A stretch of DNA of 26,065 bases from an uncultured bacterium (GCA_964564735.1 CAZMCH010000060.1:1-26065), one strand, 5' to 3'; positions 1-9,630 are shown, numbered from the stretch's first letter. Notes: generated by a model from the letters alone, not told the origin. Numbers and translations are program-made.

Positions 1-762
1 TAACTCAGGACCATCCTTTGATACATCCTGAATACTGGATTCACTAAATCCAAGGGAAACTAGCTTTTGCCTAACATCAGCCATTCGCTGAGAAATATCG
101 GTTCCACTACCCTCTTCCACATAAGGTCGTATTATTATGGCTGAATCTCCCGACTTTTGAACTGTTTTTTCGATAGATTTTACAAAAACTTTTTCATTCT
201 TTAAATTCGCCATTATTATATCTTTTGCTTGACCGTCAAGATATGCGTCAATAGCTTTTTTCATATCCAATTCTAATACAACATGCATACCGCCCTTTAA
301 ATCAAGACCAAGTTTAATTGGTTTATCTGGAAATATAGGTCTGATTGGTAATGGTATACTTCCATAAAGCTTCATATCAGATAGGATTTGATTTAGTTCC
401 GTCTTGCTTTTTTTATTATTAAATTTAAGTTTTATTTGATCAGGATTCGTATTATCAAATTGAAATTCATTTCTACTATAACCAATTTTCTCAAGCCTTC
501 TGCTTAAGGTATCTGCAATCTCTTTTGATGCCTCCTGAAAATTCATTCCTTTGGGAAGATTGGAACTTGTAACAATAATATTTATATAGTCTCCATCTTT
601 ATCACTTTGCACTTCGGGCTTTGGTATCCTCTTTTGCATCCAAAGATCGAAATAGCCATATATACTACCATAAAGACTCGGTATTGATGGCAGTAAATAT
701 AATCCAGTAAAGATAAATACCAATATGATAAGGATGAGCTTCCATTTGCTAATCTTATACAT
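1..762 (-). CDS. secD: Protein translocase subunit SecD, N-terminal part. The gene continues past the left edge of the window.
   Basis: Minus-strand ORF with no stop in the window. The ATG at 762 follows a GGGAG-like RBS (AAAGGGAG). The protein has an N-terminal TM helix (KWKLILIILVFIFTGLYLLPS) and a periplasmic domain ending in KLGLDLKGGMHVVLELDMKKAI. That matches the canonical SecD motif (E. coli KLGLDLRGGVHFLMEVDM). Confidence 0.8.
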   Translation of the reverse strand, partial: MYKISKWKLILIILVFIFTGLYLLPSIPSLYGSIYGYFDLWMQKRIPKPEVQSDKDGDYINIIVTSSNLPKGMNFQEASKEIADTLSRRLEKIGYSRNEFQFDNTNPDQIKLKFNNKKSKTELNQILSDMKLYGSIPLPIRPIFPDKPIKLGLDLKGGMHVVLELDMKKAIDAYLDGQAKDIIMANLKNEKVFVKSIEKTVQKSGDSAIIIRPYVEEGSGTDISQRMADVRQKLVSLGFSESSIQDVSKDGPEL

Positions 763-919
763 CAAGAACTCCCTTTTCCCCTTTTCCTGTGAATATTTCA
801 GGATTAATTTATTGTGAATTGCTTATATTAATTATTGATATAACAAGCTATTATTATAAATGTTGATGGTATTTTTGTCAACGTAAAATCATGCAGACAA
901 TTTTTATAGAGAATCGGCT

Positions 920-2158
920 TTATTTTAGATAGGCATTTTCTACTTTTGCTAGGGCTTCTGCCATATCTGATGCCTCTTGTTCTCCATAATTTTCGTTAAA
1001 GTGAATACTAAAATGTGTTTCCACAGCCTCTACACAATTTGGACATGGATAAAATCCAATACGATCTCCTCTATAATTTTCGGCAGTCCATGGATAGCCA
1101 CTTCTTCCATAGGTAATATGTTCTCTAAACCATTTTGCTTCTGATGGCATTGCCCTATATGACGAACTACAAGAAAATCCCTCTGCTGATAAGGCATTAA
1201 CAAACTGCTCCTTTGAAACAGTAAGCAAATTACAATCAATATGCATTCGTATAAACCAATATGATGACTCACAATCCGAAGGTATCCAACCAAGCGATAT
1301 GCTTATCAAATCCTTGATCTTTTCTGATAGTAGCTTTACAAAATTCCTCCTTTTCTCAATGATTTTAGGCAATTTTTTTAGCTGTATTCTGCCTATTGTT
1401 GCAGATAAATCATTACCATTCAAATTAAGCCCCATTCTAACATTTGTAGTATACTCCGTATTAAATGGCTTGCCTCTATCTGCAAAACGCTTTGCTTCCC
1501 AGAATAAATCTTCATTCCTTGTATATACAACACCGCCTTGCGCACCCGTAGCATGATGTTTCCCACTCATTGTAGAAAAGGCTGAAATATCACCTATTGT
1601 GCCTACTAATCTTCCTTTATATAATGCTCCATGTGCTTGAGCGCAATCTTCTATTACAAAGATATTTCTCGACCTAGCAATCTCCATTATGGGATCCATA
1701 TCTGCTGGTTCACCTGTAATATGTGCTACGATTATTGCACGAGTTCTGTCAGTCAGAACATCCTCTATTTGGTCTGGACCAATATTATATGACCCAAGAT
1801 TTGCATCTGCAATAACAGGAACGCAATTTAGCATAGGTATAGGCATTATACCGCCGGGGTCTGTTATAGGCGGTGCAATAACCTCACTTAACGGCTCCAA
1901 ATTTAATGCCCCAAGTGCTGACAATATGGCAGATGTCCCAGAATTTACAAGATCAGCATAGCCTCCTCCCATAAAATCAACAAAATCTTTTTCGTATGCT
2001 TGTTCCTCTGGTCCGCCATAACCAAATACCTCACCTGTTTCTATTGACTTATCAAATAGTTCTATTACAGCCAGTTTTTCTTCTTCACCAAAGAGATTTC
2101 TTGTTGGAAGAGGGATTTTCCTAACCTTTTCGCCACCATCAATAGCTAATTTTTGCAT
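920..2158 (-). CDS. DegT/DnrJ/EryC1/StrS-family PLP-dependent aminotransferase (sugar aminotransferase or dehydratase type)
   Basis: 412 aa. Family hallmarks are NSGTSAILSALGAL, IVAHITGEPADMD...FVIEDCAQAHGA, and the PLP-lysine region ISAFSTMSGKHHATG-AQGG. A GGGAG RBS sits upstream of the ATG at 2158. Confidence 0.85.
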   Translation of the reverse strand: MQKLAIDGGEKVRKIPLPTRNLFGEEEKLAVIELFDKSIETGEVFGYGGPEEQAYEKDFVDFMGGGYADLVNSGTSAILSALGALNLEPLSEVIAPPITDPGGIMPIPMLNCVPVIADANLGSYNIGPDQIEDVLTDRTRAIIVAHITGEPADMDPIMEIARSRNIFVIEDCAQAHGALYKGRLVGTIGDISAFSTMSGKHHATGAQGGVVYTRNEDLFWEAKRFADRGKPFNTEYTTNVRMGLNLNGNDLSATIGRIQLKKLPKIIEKRRNFVKLLSEKIKDLISISLGWIPSDCESSYWFIRMHIDCNLLTVSKEQFVNALSAEGFSCSSSYRAMPSEAKWFREHITYGRSGYPWTAENYRGDRIGFYPCPNCVEAVETHFSIHFNENYGEQEASDMAEALAKVENAYLK

Positions 2159-2400
2159 ATTCCAGCTCCCTGTTACAAAAAAATGATAATGCTAATTATA
2201 AAGGTATTTTATCATAAAAATTTCATGCTGTAAATATTCTTGTGTAATTATATGATATAATTTTAATATCTGAAATCTCATCATAATTTTCCAATTTATA
2301 TTTTATAGTGATGGTTAGAAATATTGTTTTATGTAGATAATTTATGCTATAATGTTTTAAAAGCAAAACTAACAATCAACATTTTCTTTAAGGATGAAAT

Positions 2401-3621
2401 GTGAATAATAGGGATCATTACTCAAAATTCTGTGATGTATTAGTCGCTGGTGGTGGCATAGCAGGGGTAGCCTCTGCCTTGGCATCAGCAAGAATGGGAC
2501 TTCACACTATACTTGTAGAAAAAACTATTATACTAGGTGGGCTTGCTACATCAGGTCTAATACTTGTATATCTTCCTCTCAGCGATAATAAAGGGAATCA
2601 AGTGACATTCGGAATTGCGGAGGAATTATTACATGCAAGTATAAAATATGGACCTGGAGACATTCCTTCTGATTGGAAAAATCCTGAAACACAATCACGT
2701 TATATGGTTTGGTTTTCTCCTGCTTCATTTGCTCTGGCACTAGATAAGCTCTTAATCGACTCAGGAGTAGAGATATGGCTTGATACATTAATCTGTGATT
2801 CTGTCACCAAAGATGAGCATATAATAGGTGTTGAGATAGAAAACAAGAGTGGGCGTGGATTTATTGGTGCAAAAAGCATCATTGATGCAACTGGTGATGC
2901 CGATGTTGTCTTTAGGGCAGGCGCTCCTTGTATTGAAAAAGATAATTGGCTTTCTATTTGGGCAATTGAAGCGTCGCTTGATATAGCACAAAAATCTGTA
3001 TCAGAAAAGTCCGGGAGTGCCTTAAATAAACTCCGTAGCCTAGGTGGAAGTGATGTAGGAATTGGAGCTCCTGATGGCATAAGAAAATATTATGGAACAA
3101 AAGGAAAAGATGTAACAGAATTTGTGCTTGAAGGACGAAAATTGCTTAGAGAATTCTATGAAAAAGAGCAGAAAAGGTTGAATCGCAAAGATATTTTTCC
3201 AATAACGCTTCCATCAATGGCACAATTTCGCACAACAAGAAGAATTGATGGAATAAAAACTATTTCCAATGGTGATGAATTCAAACATTTCGATGATTGT
3301 GTAGGTATGGTTGCGGATTGGCGTGATGGAAAGAATATCTGGGAAATACCTTATTATACATTGGTTCCAAAAGGAATAAAAGGAATCTTAACTGCAGGAA
3401 GGTGTATATCAGCAAATGATGAGGCATGGCAAGTTATGCGTGTAATACAGGCCTCTGCACATACTGGCGAGGTTGCGGGTGTTGCATCTGCTATGTCTGT
3501 AAAATTGGACACAACTCCTGATAAATTAGATATTAGGATGCTTCAAAAAGAATTGCTCTTAAGAGATTTCTTGCTTAATATCAACAAACTTGATAATCAT
3601 GAGGATCGAAGCAAAACATAG
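2401..3621 (+). CDS. FAD-dependent oxidoreductase (pfam12831-like)
   Basis: GTG start follows an AAGGA RBS. The N-terminal dinucleotide-binding fold is DVLVAGGGIAGVASALASARMGLHTILVEK. The protein is 406 aa and has a C-terminal FAD-contact region (GRCISANDEAWQVMRVIQASAHTGEVAG). Confidence 0.75.
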   Translation: MNNRDHYSKFCDVLVAGGGIAGVASALASARMGLHTILVEKTIILGGLATSGLILVYLPLSDNKGNQVTFGIAEELLHASIKYGPGDIPSDWKNPETQSRYMVWFSPASFALALDKLLIDSGVEIWLDTLICDSVTKDEHIIGVEIENKSGRGFIGAKSIIDATGDADVVFRAGAPCIEKDNWLSIWAIEASLDIAQKSVSEKSGSALNKLRSLGGSDVGIGAPDGIRKYYGTKGKDVTEFVLEGRKLLREFYEKEQKRLNRKDIFPITLPSMAQFRTTRRIDGIKTISNGDEFKHFDDCVGMVADWRDGKNIWEIPYYTLVPKGIKGILTAGRCISANDEAWQVMRVIQASAHTGEVAGVASAMSVKLDTTPDKLDIRMLQKELLLRDFLLNINKLDNHEDRSKT

Positions 3622-3922
3622 AAGATGAGATTATGCCTCTAAAACTCGATAGTTTATATGATTATGGAAATCCTGTTTGCTATCCTCATTTAGCTCAATA
3701 GCAAAAGGAACAGCTTTTAAACTAAGTGATATTGATATTGCTCAATAATTTAGGACAGATACCTCTTTCTGAAAATTATTTGACAGAAACCAACCTTTAT
3801 GCTAATATAAAAAATAATAATAACAGACTAAATCAAACCAAATTCCAAAATAAATCATTATTCTATCCAAATATATTTATTTCAACTGCAATAATTTTTG
3901 TCATTGATGACAGGAGGTAACG

Positions 3923-4705
3923 ATGAGATTAGCTTTGTTTTTATCAATTTTATTTTGCCTATTTTGCGTTAATATGACTCACGCTGTCAATTCCAGTGAT
4001 TTGGTGTTTTATTACTCATTTGATGAATTTAATGGAAACATAATTCCTGATTTATCTGGTAATGGTCTTAATGGTGATATAAACGGCAAGATCAAACTCG
4101 TTGACGGCGGAAAATTTGGTAAAGCAGCAGAATTCCAATCTGGAGATTATATTGATGTGCATGGTCCTGATGTTCCTGCTAATCTAATTCCAAGAGAACA
4201 AATAACTCTTTGTGCATGGATCAATTTAAAAAACGATGGACAAGATCATGCAATATTCAATGCTAGGGCATCTGATCAGACATGGCTAATTCATCCTGAA
4301 TCTAAGACTAGTGGAGATTTTAGATGGCTATTAAGATCAGACGGAGCTGCAACTATATTTGATCTAAGGGGTGGTGCAATTGATTACGGTAAATGGCAAC
4401 ATTATGCAGGAACTTATGATGGGAAAAAAGGCATTTTATATATCAATGGCGAAGTTGTTGCAGAAGGTAATGGAAATGCAAAGATAGCAAAAGATTGGGG
4501 TTTGGGTGCAAGAGTTGGCAAAAATATCGATGATGCTAGACCTTTTGCCGGGCTTATGGATGATATAAATCTTTGGAAAGTGGCTTTAACAAAAGATGAA
4601 ATTAAGACCGTTATGGAAAAAAGCGCAGGAGAATTAATTAAGCCTGAATCAGTTTCGCCTGATAGAAATATGACTTCTACATGGGGTAAATTAAAATCCC
4701 ATTAA
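3923..4705 (+). CDS. Secreted LamG/concanavalin-A-like (Laminin_G_3) domain protein, paralog 1
   Basis: AGGAGG RBS 5 nt upstream. Signal peptide is MRLALFLSILFCLFCVNMTHA. The jelly-roll motifs DLVFYYSFDEF, PDLSGNG and ARPFAGLMDDINLWKVALTKDEI are typical of pfam13385. Confidence 0.7.
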   Translation: MRLALFLSILFCLFCVNMTHAVNSSDLVFYYSFDEFNGNIIPDLSGNGLNGDINGKIKLVDGGKFGKAAEFQSGDYIDVHGPDVPANLIPREQITLCAWINLKNDGQDHAIFNARASDQTWLIHPESKTSGDFRWLLRSDGAATIFDLRGGAIDYGKWQHYAGTYDGKKGILYINGEVVAEGNGNAKIAKDWGLGARVGKNIDDARPFAGLMDDINLWKVALTKDEIKTVMEKSAGELIKPESVSPDRNMTSTWGKLKSH

Positions 4706-4759
4706 AACGATAGAGTAAGGTTCTCTATCATGTCTTTCACATCAAAAGGAGGTTACATT

Positions 4760-5524
4760 ATGCGTTATACTCTTTTGGCAATTTGTTTTCTACTTGCGTT
4801 TTCAGTAGTTACGTGGGCGGATCCTGACTTAGTTATTTATTATTCATTTGATCAGTTTTCTGCAACTGTTCCTGATTTGTCAGGTAAAGGGAACGATGCT
4901 ATTGTCGTTGGAGATGTTAAACCTGAACCAGTTGGAAAACGTGGTGGTGCTGCAAAATTCACAAAAACCGACGCTGGTAGTTTCCTCGATCTTGATACTC
5001 CAAATATGGCAATTGCAGATATACCAAGAGATGCAATCACCGTTTGTGTATGGTTGAAGGGAACAGAAATTGGTGATCTTGAGATATTCAGCCCTCGATC
5101 AGGAACTGTAAATTCACATGCAGAACTCCGTGCCGATGGAACAATTAGATGGATTTTGCGCAGTAATGAAAATGTCACGCTTTTTGAGATCAGAAATGGC
5201 AAATGGACATTAAACGAATGGGTCCATTTTGCTGGATTATATGATAGTGCTTCAAAAGTTGGGGCATTATATCTGAATGGCGAATTAGTTGAAGAAAAAG
5301 CAGCGACAGGAGATAAAATATTGGATTGGTCTGCTGGAGCAAGATTAGGAATGACAGTTGACAACGCAAGACCATTTATCGGACTTATGGATGATGCCTG
5401 TATATATAAAAGAAGCCTTTCGCAGGCTGAAATAAAAGCTGTTATGGATGGAGGTCCGCAAGTGCCATCTGCTGTCTCAAGCGAAGGTTCAATTACAACT
5501 ACTTGGGGCAGAATAAAATATTAA
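4760..5524 (+). CDS. Secreted LamG/concanavalin-A-like (Laminin_G_3) domain protein, paralog 2
   Basis: The start is revised to the ATG at 4760, which has an AAAGGAGG RBS 8 nt upstream. The 4730 start in the ORF track lacks an RBS. Signal peptide is MRYTLLAICFLLAFSVVTWA. The protein is collinear with paralog 1 through DLVIYYSFDQF, PDLSGKG, IRWILRS, ARPFIGLMDD and the C-terminal TTTWGRIKY tail. Confidence 0.7.
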   Translation: MRYTLLAICFLLAFSVVTWADPDLVIYYSFDQFSATVPDLSGKGNDAIVVGDVKPEPVGKRGGAAKFTKTDAGSFLDLDTPNMAIADIPRDAITVCVWLKGTEIGDLEIFSPRSGTVNSHAELRADGTIRWILRSNENVTLFEIRNGKWTLNEWVHFAGLYDSASKVGALYLNGELVEEKAATGDKILDWSAGARLGMTVDNARPFIGLMDDACIYKRSLSQAEIKAVMDGGPQVPSAVSSEGSITTTWGRIKY

Positions 5525-5614
5525 AATTTTATAATTAAAGATTGGAGATTGAAATAAATAAGCTCATACCAGCTTTAAATCTTCAATCTTTAATCATTAT
5601 AGGAGGATTTTCCT

Positions 5615-7051
5615 TTGAAAGAATTGACTGACCTAGCGATTGATACAGCAAAACAATGCGGTGCAACTTATGCGGATATACGAATCATTCAAACGAAATA
5701 TGAGTATGTTTCTGCAAAAAATGAGAAATTAGCTGATATAAACAGGTCTGATGATGAAGGTTTTGGAGTGCGAGTGATTGCTGATGGTGCATGGGGATTT
5801 GCTTCCAGTGGCTTATTAACAAAAGCTGAGATTGAGCGTGTTTCTGCTCAAGCGGTTCAAATCGCTAAGGCAAGTGCCTTAACAAAAAAAGAAAATGTCA
5901 GGCTTGCAAACGAACCAACGCATGTTGATGTTTGGCAATCTCCATGTCAGAAAGATCCTTTTAGTGTTGCATTGGAAACAAAAATTGATCTTCTTCTAAA
6001 AATTAACGCAGAATTGGCAAGAATCAAAGATATAAAAGTTGCTAGGTCACACATGCGTTTTATTCGTGAACTGCAATATTTTGCCAACACCGAAGGAAGT
6101 TTTATCCAACAGAATTTACTAAGGACAGCGGTTGGTTATACTGCCACAGCGGTTGGAAATGGTGATATGCAGGTTCGTTCTTATCCTGATTCTCATGGAT
6201 GGCATTCGATGTCAAAGGGCTATGAATTGGTTGAAGAACTACCTTTATTGGAAAATGCGCAAAGAGTGGCAGAAGAAGCAACTGCACTTGTCAAAGCCCC
6301 AAAATGCCCTGAAATGAAAACTGACTTAATAATAAGCGGATCTCAGCTATCATTACAAATACATGAATCAATAGGGCATCCATCAGAGCTAGACAGAGTG
6401 CTTGGAACAGAAGCAAATTACGCTGGAACTAGCTTTGTTACAACGGATAAACTTGGTAAGTTGCAATATGCTTCCCCTATCGTCAATATTGTTGCAGATT
6501 CAACTTTGCCTTATGGACTCGCAACAGTTGGCTATGACGATGAAGGTGTATCTGCGCAAAAATGGCATTTGATAGAAAATGGCATATTCGTTGGCTATCT
6601 GACTTCCAGAGAAACCGCCCCTGTAATTGGCGAAGAAAGAAGCAAAGGCGCGATGCGCGCAGACGGTTGGAATAATATCCCGCTTATCCGTATGACAAAC
6701 ATAAGTTTTATGCCCGGCGAATGGACGCTTGATGATCTTATTGCAGATACTAAAGATGGCGTGTTTGTTGATACGAATAAAAGTTGGAGCATTGATCAGA
6801 AACGTCTAAATTTCCAATTTGGAACAGAGATCGCTTGGGAAATTAAAAATGGAAAGAAAACTAGAATCCTCAAAAATCCGACATATCAAGGCATAACACC
6901 TGAATTTTGGAACTCCTGTGACGCAATTTGTGATGAAAATCATTTTGTCCTTTGGGGAGTTACGAACTGTGGAAAAGGTCAGCCGGGGCAAACAGCAGAG
7001 ATGTCTCATGGTTCTGCACCTGCAAGATTTAGGAATGTGCAGATGCTTTAA
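5615..7051 (+). CDS. tldD: TldD-family zinc metalloprotease (peptidase U62)
   Basis: TTG start sits 7 nt after an AGGAGGA RBS. The N-terminus is TldD/PmbA-type (AIDTAKQCGATYADIRI...DEGFGVRVIADGAWGFASS). The HExxxGH metal motif HESIGHPSELD is diagnostic for TldD, and the 478-aa length matches bacterial TldD. Confidence 0.85.
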   Translation: MKELTDLAIDTAKQCGATYADIRIIQTKYEYVSAKNEKLADINRSDDEGFGVRVIADGAWGFASSGLLTKAEIERVSAQAVQIAKASALTKKENVRLANEPTHVDVWQSPCQKDPFSVALETKIDLLLKINAELARIKDIKVARSHMRFIRELQYFANTEGSFIQQNLLRTAVGYTATAVGNGDMQVRSYPDSHGWHSMSKGYELVEELPLLENAQRVAEEATALVKAPKCPEMKTDLIISGSQLSLQIHESIGHPSELDRVLGTEANYAGTSFVTTDKLGKLQYASPIVNIVADSTLPYGLATVGYDDEGVSAQKWHLIENGIFVGYLTSRETAPVIGEERSKGAMRADGWNNIPLIRMTNISFMPGEWTLDDLIADTKDGVFVDTNKSWSIDQKRLNFQFGTEIAWEIKNGKKTRILKNPTYQGITPEFWNSCDAICDENHFVLWGVTNCGKGQPGQTAEMSHGSAPARFRNVQML

Positions 7052-7292
7052 GGCATTAAAAAATCTGTGCCAAATAATTAAACAGTCCCTTGTTCAAAAT
7101 AGATATTATTATTAGGAATTTGATTGCATTATAATATTAATTATGATAAATTATTATGAAGCATGATATTATATGTCCCGAAGTATTAGATTCTCATATC
7201 TTGTATGTCAGTATATTCTAAAAAGTTTTTAGTATTTTGGAATCGTTAGTTATTTTAATGGTTACCAAACAATATTGCAAAGGAGAAAAGCA

Positions 7293-8207
7293 ATGGTAAA
7301 ACTTTCAATCGGTAGTTGGGCTTATACTTTTGGTCCATATACAGATAACCCAATACCATTCGATGCGGTATGTAAAAAATTGGGCGAACTAAAATTTGAC
7401 GGTGTAGAGGTTGGTGCTTTTAGACCTCACATATATCCAGATGACTATCCAATGAAAAAGGATAGAGATGCTGTCAAAGCACTTATTGCCGAGAATGGCC
7501 TTGGTATTTCAGGGATTGCTGCTGATTTTTGGGCGCCTCCATGTCCTCCTGGCTCTGATGTTGCGCAGAAGAATGATGCTTATTACAACTTATTTAAAAA
7601 GAACCTTCAATTATGTCTTGATCTTGGTGCAAAGGCTCTACGTGTTGATACAGTTGCACCTCCAGACAAAGGCGTAGAAGGCGTTGATCCAAAGGTCGCT
7701 TGGGATAGAACCGCAAAATTATGGAATAGATGCGCTCAGGTTGCTCAAGATAATGGCGTTCTTATGGTATGGGAATTTGAGCCGGGATTCTTATATAATA
7801 AACCAAGTGAAATCGTAAAAATGGCTGAAGATGTTAATCATCCAAACTTCAAAATAATGTTTGATACAAGCCATGCCTATATGTGCAGTGTTGTTGGGGC
7901 AAGACAAAGCGGAACAAAAGAGATTCTAAAAGGCGGAGTTGCTGAGTTTGCTAGTATGCTAAAAGGCAAAATTGGGCATCTTCATCTTATTGATTCTGAT
8001 GGCACATTACACGGCGACGAAACAAGCACACATCGTCCATTTGGCGAAGGATTTATTGATTTCGATGAAGCTATTGGGGCAATCTATGAAGCAGGATTTA
8101 AAGGCGAGTGGTGGACTATCGATCTTTGCTTCTGGCCAGAGGCTTGGGAAGTTACAGAAGCGGCAAAGAAATTCCTCACACCATTTATGGAAAAATACGG
8201 AAAATAA
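7293..8207 (+). CDS. Sugar-phosphate isomerase/epimerase (xylose-isomerase-like TIM barrel)
   Basis: The start is revised to the ATG at 7293, which has an AGGAGA RBS 6 nt upstream. The track's TTG at 7275 overlaps that RBS. MVKLSIGSWAY...FDGVEVG and the metal-ligand blocks MFDTSHA and HLHLIDSDG are typical of the AP_endonuc_2 / Xyl-isomerase-like fold. Confidence 0.85.
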   Translation: MVKLSIGSWAYTFGPYTDNPIPFDAVCKKLGELKFDGVEVGAFRPHIYPDDYPMKKDRDAVKALIAENGLGISGIAADFWAPPCPPGSDVAQKNDAYYNLFKKNLQLCLDLGAKALRVDTVAPPDKGVEGVDPKVAWDRTAKLWNRCAQVAQDNGVLMVWEFEPGFLYNKPSEIVKMAEDVNHPNFKIMFDTSHAYMCSVVGARQSGTKEILKGGVAEFASMLKGKIGHLHLIDSDGTLHGDETSTHRPFGEGFIDFDEAIGAIYEAGFKGEWWTIDLCFWPEAWEVTEAAKKFLTPFMEKYGK

Positions 8208-8228
8208 AAGATATTTGCGATAAAAGGA

Positions 8229-8330
8229 GATTTTTCACTTTGCTCAAAATGGCATTAGTTGTTACCCTAAACGCAGTGAAGGGTCTTCCTGAGTTAATAC
8301 CAAAAATATAATTTCCTAGACAAAAAAATA
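8229..8330 (+). repeat. Copy 1 of a ~95-bp conserved leader element (direct repeat), lying 42 bp upstream of the dehydrogenase ATG
   Basis: gatttttcActttgctcaaaatg...ccctAaacgcagtgaagggtcttc...ttaatac...ataatttccta aligns with copy 2 at 9631-9736. Perfect blocks are ctttgctcaaaatg (14 bp), aacgcagtgaagggtcttc (19 bp) and ataatttccta (11 bp). Overall identity is about 85% with one 1-nt indel. Confidence 0.6.
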
Positions 8331-8372
8331 CAAATCTTACTCTTCAATTAATTATATATAGGAGGAGAGATA

Positions 8373-9449
8373 ATGGCAGGAAAAATGAAGGCTCAAGTAT
8401 TCTATGAGCCATTAAAAATGCAATTAGAAGAAATTGATATTCCCAAAATAGCTGATGATCAAGTTCTAGTTCGTGTAAAAGCATGCGGGGTATGCGGATC
8501 AGATATTGCTTATTATTATGGCAATAGCCCATTAGAAACACCTGATGGCAAGGGTCCGTTGGTCTTGGGGCATGAGTTCTCTGCAGAGGTTGCGGAAGTC
8601 GGCGCATTACCAGCAAAACTTGGTCTTTTTAAGCCCGGTGACAGAGTCGTTGTTGATCCAGTCCAATACTGCAACGCCTGCGAAATCTGCAAGCGTGGAT
8701 ATGTCAATCTTTGCGAGAAAAAGACCGTTTTGGGTGTATCTGTTAACGGTGGATTTGCAGAATATTGCGTGTCGCATTATACAGGTTTACACAAACTTCC
8801 CGACAACGTTCCTTATGATCAGGGAGCATTAGCAGAACCATTGGCAGACGCAGTTTATGCACTACAAAAGGCACAGGTTGCATTAGGTGATTTTGTGGTT
8901 GTAATCGGTCCCGGGGCTATTGGGTTGATGATGGTTCAATTACTTAAATCAAGTGGTGCTGGCAAAGTTGCCCTTGTTGGAACAAGAGATTATAGATTAG
9001 AGGTTGGTAAAAAGATGGGAGCGGATATAATACTCAATACAAAAGAGGAAGGTTCTCCCTATTATGTAGCCGATCTCAAAAAGAAAATTGGCGAACTTAC
9101 TGATGAAAAATATGCAAATGTAGTTATGACTCCGACTGGTTCTGTTCCAGCGATGGAATCTGCATTTGCAATTTCAGGTAGAAGGGCTAGAATTGTGTTC
9201 TTTGGTCTGCCCGGCGCAAATGACTTCATCAAGATACCTGCACTTGATACAATATTCTGGGATAAAAGCATATTGTTTTCATGGCTTGCTCCATTGACTT
9301 GGCCAACTGCAATGCAGGCGCTTGGTAATAATTTGGTTGATGTTGCTCCGTTGATTACACATTCAATAAAACTTGATGATCTTGTTCAGGGCATTGCGGA
9401 TGTGAAAAACCGTGCAGATGATGTTATGAAGGCTGTCGTAACGATATAA
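8373..9449 (+). CDS. Zn-dependent alcohol/polyol dehydrogenase (MDR family, sorbitol or threonine dehydrogenase-like)
   Basis: GGAGGAGAGA RBS. Catalytic Zn motifs are CGVCGSDIAYYYG and GHEFSAEV. The structural Zn motif is CNACEICKRGYVNLC. The NAD Rossmann motif is VVIGPGAIGLMMVQL. Confidence 0.9.
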   Translation: MAGKMKAQVFYEPLKMQLEEIDIPKIADDQVLVRVKACGVCGSDIAYYYGNSPLETPDGKGPLVLGHEFSAEVAEVGALPAKLGLFKPGDRVVVDPVQYCNACEICKRGYVNLCEKKTVLGVSVNGGFAEYCVSHYTGLHKLPDNVPYDQGALAEPLADAVYALQKAQVALGDFVVVIGPGAIGLMMVQLLKSSGAGKVALVGTRDYRLEVGKKMGADIILNTKEEGSPYYVADLKKKIGELTDEKYANVVMTPTGSVPAMESAFAISGRRARIVFFGLPGANDFIKIPALDTIFWDKSILFSWLAPLTWPTAMQALGNNLVDVAPLITHSIKLDDLVQGIADVKNRADDVMKAVVTI

Positions 9450-9486
9450 TAACATTTCCCGCAATAAAATGTACACTTGTAGCCTG

Positions 9487-9538
9487 ATTTTTGGGCTTGG
9501 CTTTCTTTCTGCCAGCCCAAAAGACAGGACTGCATTTT
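9487..9538 (+). terminator. Hairpin plus downstream T-run after the dehydrogenase gene. A weak intrinsic-terminator candidate.
   Basis: ttttGGGCTTGGC-tttctttct-GCCAGCCCaaaa forms an 8-9 bp GC stem extended by A:U pairs. TTTTT lies 12 nt downstream at 9534-9538. The geometry is not canonical. Confidence 0.35.
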
Positions 9539-9630
9539 TGCATAACAAAACTATGGAAATGATATAATATTGCTTTAACTATTTACAAGGGGCGTATTAC
9601 CATACGCCCTATTTTTATTAGAATAAAAAA

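Noticed and set aside
3726-3920. A 64-aa ORF (MILILLNNLGQ...) lies in the gap upstream of the first LamG gene.
   Set aside because: It sits in low-complexity AT-rich intergenic sequence with no RBS and an Asn/Ile-rich composition typical of random AT-rich ORFs. It more likely lies within the promoter region of the LamG operon.
5615-7051. This gene could be PmbA (TldE) and not TldD. A partner gene could also lie immediately adjacent.
   Set aside because: The HExxxGH motif (HESIGHPSELD) is characteristic of TldD and is generally absent from PmbA. No second U62-family ORF exists anywhere in the window.
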